Program-made: the position numbers and the translations under genes
Part shown: piece after piece, positions 62,330 to 64,000 of the stretch
How the letters are laid out: each line of letters begins with the position of its first letter
How positions within the stretch are numbered: position 1 is the stretch's first letter
Origin: Candidatus Enterousia sp.
GTDB taxonomy: Bacteria; Pseudomonadota; Alphaproteobacteria; Rs-D84
Length of the DNA stretch: 64,000 bases
Assembly: GCA_045613315.1 (NCBI GenBank)
Contig: JAZLAV010000008.1
Span: 20,828-84,827, forward strand
Reading direction: 5' to 3'
The notes under the pieces: generated by a model
What the model saw: only the letters and a program-made list of their open reading frames with translations
Told to the model about the DNA's origin: nothing
Databases searched by the model: none

Positions 62330-63270
62330 ATAAATATATAAAATATTTTGCGATGGTGATTTCCGCAATAACACTGGCGGCGTGTGGCGATAATTCGTCC
62401 GATGTGCCAACGGTTTATTTTACGCGCGACATTTCGCCCGCTGGACTGGTGCGTGCATACGATGCGTTGGGGTGGACACCGAACGGTAAAGTTGGTATCA
62501 AAATGAGTACGGGTGAATCAAGTAAAAGTAATTATTTGCGACCAGAACTGATAAAAGATTTGGTTGCCAAAGTTGATGGAACAATTGTCGAGTGCAATAC
62601 CGCATATGGTGGTAATCGGTCGGACAGTGCGTCGCATTGGGCCGCAATTCGCGAACGCGGATTTTTGGATGTTGCGCCAGTTGACATTATGGACGAAGAT
62701 GGCGATTTAACATTACCGGTAAATGGTGGAAATGTGTTAAGTGAAAACTATGTCGGATCACATTTCAATGACTATGGGTCATTCATTGTTTTGTCACATT
62801 TCAAGGGACACGCGATGGCTGGTTTTGGTGGTGCGTTAAAAAATATTTCGATTGGGTTTGCAAGTTCAACTGGTAAAAAATGGATTCACAGTGGTGGTAC
62901 ATCGCGTGAATCAATTTGGGGTGGGGAACAGACCGCGTTTTTAGAATCGATGGCGGATGCAGACAAATCGATTATGGATAAAATTGGTCGCGACAACATT
63001 GTTTTCATAAATGTGCTTAATCGTATAAGTATCGATTGTGATTGTGATGGTAATCCGGCCGAACCCGATATTCACGATATCGGCATTTTGGTATCAACCG
63101 ACCCCGTTGCCATTGACCAGGCGGGCATAGATATGGTGTCTGTGGCGGATGGTAATGAAAAGTTAACGGAACGAATTGCCGACCGAAACGGGCTGCATAT
63201 ACTGGAATCGGCCGAAAAAATCGGAGTTGGCACCCGTAAATATAAATTGGTCGATTTAGATAAAAAATAG
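62326..63270 (+). CDS. DUF362-domain lipoprotein
   Basis: Lipobox LAACG. The DCDCDG and VAIDQAGIDMV region is typical of DUF362. Confidence 0.65.
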   Translation: MNKYIKYFAMVISAITLAACGDNSSDVPTVYFTRDISPAGLVRAYDALGWTPNGKVGIKMSTGESSKSNYLRPELIKDLVAKVDGTIVECNTAYGGNRSDSASHWAAIRERGFLDVAPVDIMDEDGDLTLPVNGGNVLSENYVGSHFNDYGSFIVLSHFKGHAMAGFGGALKNISIGFASSTGKKWIHSGGTSRESIWGGEQTAFLESMADADKSIMDKIGRDNIVFINVLNRISIDCDCDGNPAEPDIHDIGILVSTDPVAIDQAGIDMVSVADGNEKLTERIADRNGLHILESAEKIGVGTRKYKLVDLDKK

Positions 63271-63276
63271 TAAAAA

Positions 63277-63298
63277 AGCCGGCAAAAACCGGCTTTTT
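63277..63298 (+). terminator. Short variant terminator AGCCGG-N6-CCGGCT + T-run
   Basis: Hairpin at 63277-63294. TAG TAA double stop just upstream. Confidence 0.75.
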
Positions 63299-63381
63299 AC
63301 ATAGGTGTAAATACATGTTGATTTTATACACATCGTTCGGTATTATAGAATCACTTTGAATAACAATGAAAGAGATTGGAA

Positions 63382-64000
63382 ATGGCGAAAAAAGAAGATA
63401 TGAAAAAGTTATCTATGGAAGAAATGATTGCCCAAATGGATGCCGCAAAAAAGGTTAATCCATTGGACCTGTCGTCGGACCAGGATTTGTCGATTGGGTT
63501 AATGAACCTTATATCACTGGAAGAACATTTCTTTTTCAGTGGTGCAAAAACGGGCAAACCGGGCTTTTATGATTTAATCAACACAGTGCGCGAAATGCGC
63601 AAGGATTTGATGACGCGCATCGTTGATAAATCGTCGGCCGAGGGGGGCGAAGTGTGGTGTATTTCGAAACATTTGTTGGCCGCGTCTATGCGTTTGATGG
63701 AGGTTGGAACCAAGGCCTTGGGCGCCGGAAACAAAGAAGACGCATATAACCTTTTTGAAAAATCGTATGATTTGTATTCACTGTTTTGGGGCTTGAATAT
63801 GCACCTGATTGATTTGGGTGGGGTTCGCGAACAGATTCCAGAGTTTTATGAAGCTGTTATTGTGAAAAAAGACAACGATAAAAAAATCGAAAAAAAGCCG
63901 GTAAATGCCGGGGAAAAATCAACTGCCGCATGCGATATCGATACCAGTAAAAACAAATCAACGGTAAAAAGATTGGGCCAGTGGGTAAAGAATAAGGTCA
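63382..64000 (+). CDS. Hypothetical protein (3-prime partial, runs off right edge)
   Basis: My own translation from ATG 63382 (MAKKEDMKKLSMEEMIAQMD...) is open to the window end. It is not in the ORF track because no stop is reached. Confidence 0.45.
   Translation, partial: MAKKEDMKKLSMEEMIAQMDAAKKVNPLDLSSDQDLSIGLMNLISLEEHFFFSGAKTGKPGFYDLINTVREMRKDLMTRIVDKSSAEGGEVWCISKHLLAASMRLMEVGTKALGAGNKEDAYNLFEKSYDLYSLFWGLNMHLIDLGGVREQIPEFYEAVIVKKDNDKKIEKKPVNAGEKSTAACDIDTSKNKSTVKRLGQWVKNKV

Overview
This 64-kb chromosomal window is from a Gram-negative, moderately AT-rich genome. It is probably an alphaproteobacterium-like lineage, inferred from the protein families present (Pal, LpxC/LpxK, DUF374, Cys-less L36, MreBCD-PBP2-RodA, LexA-N-like HTH); no search was run. 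It holds about 60 protein genes, mostly housekeeping. These cover translation (infC, pnp, rpsO, rplT, rpmI, rpmJ, metG, ileS, pheST, truB, mnmG, queH, der, ychF), replication and repair (parB, mutS, xseB, nth, ung, a family-4 UDG, topA, dnaG, gyrB), fatty-acid and lipid A synthesis (accBC, fabDG, lpxK, lpxC, a PagL-like protein), and cell shape (mreB; mreC-mreD-mrdA-rodA). There are four intact tRNAs (Val-GAC, Thr-CGU, initiator Met, Met/Ile2-CAU) and one decayed tRNA-Val copy. I recognised no rRNA, CRISPR, transposase or integrase. The parts worth a second look are: (1) a dispersed, nearly identical terminator palindrome ACACCGG-N4-6-CCGGTGT, often flanked by (TTAGTGR)n arms that carry stops in all three frames and supply the real stop codons and last residues of several genes; (2) an orphan virB3-virB4 pair translationally coupled to a secreted HExxH protein, behind an array of GTTGAAA repeats; (3) a 1.1-kb protein-poor stretch between a frameshifted HTH gene and tRNA-fMet, holding a candidate structured sRNA with its own promoter and terminator plus an inverted copy of the tRNA-fMet T-arm; (4) a four-gene type-IVb-pilus-like core (PilO/PilP/ATPase/platform-like) with no pilin, secretin or peptidase in the window, wedged between lpxC and gyrB; (5) smaller items, including an infC AUU start, a pnp leader hairpin, a RusA-like orphan, an Fe-S-less HhH-GPD protein, and a tRNA-adjacent flavodoxin/TetR/DUF362 islet. 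All family assignments come from reading the translations and from memory of family signatures, so they need HMM or structure confirmation.
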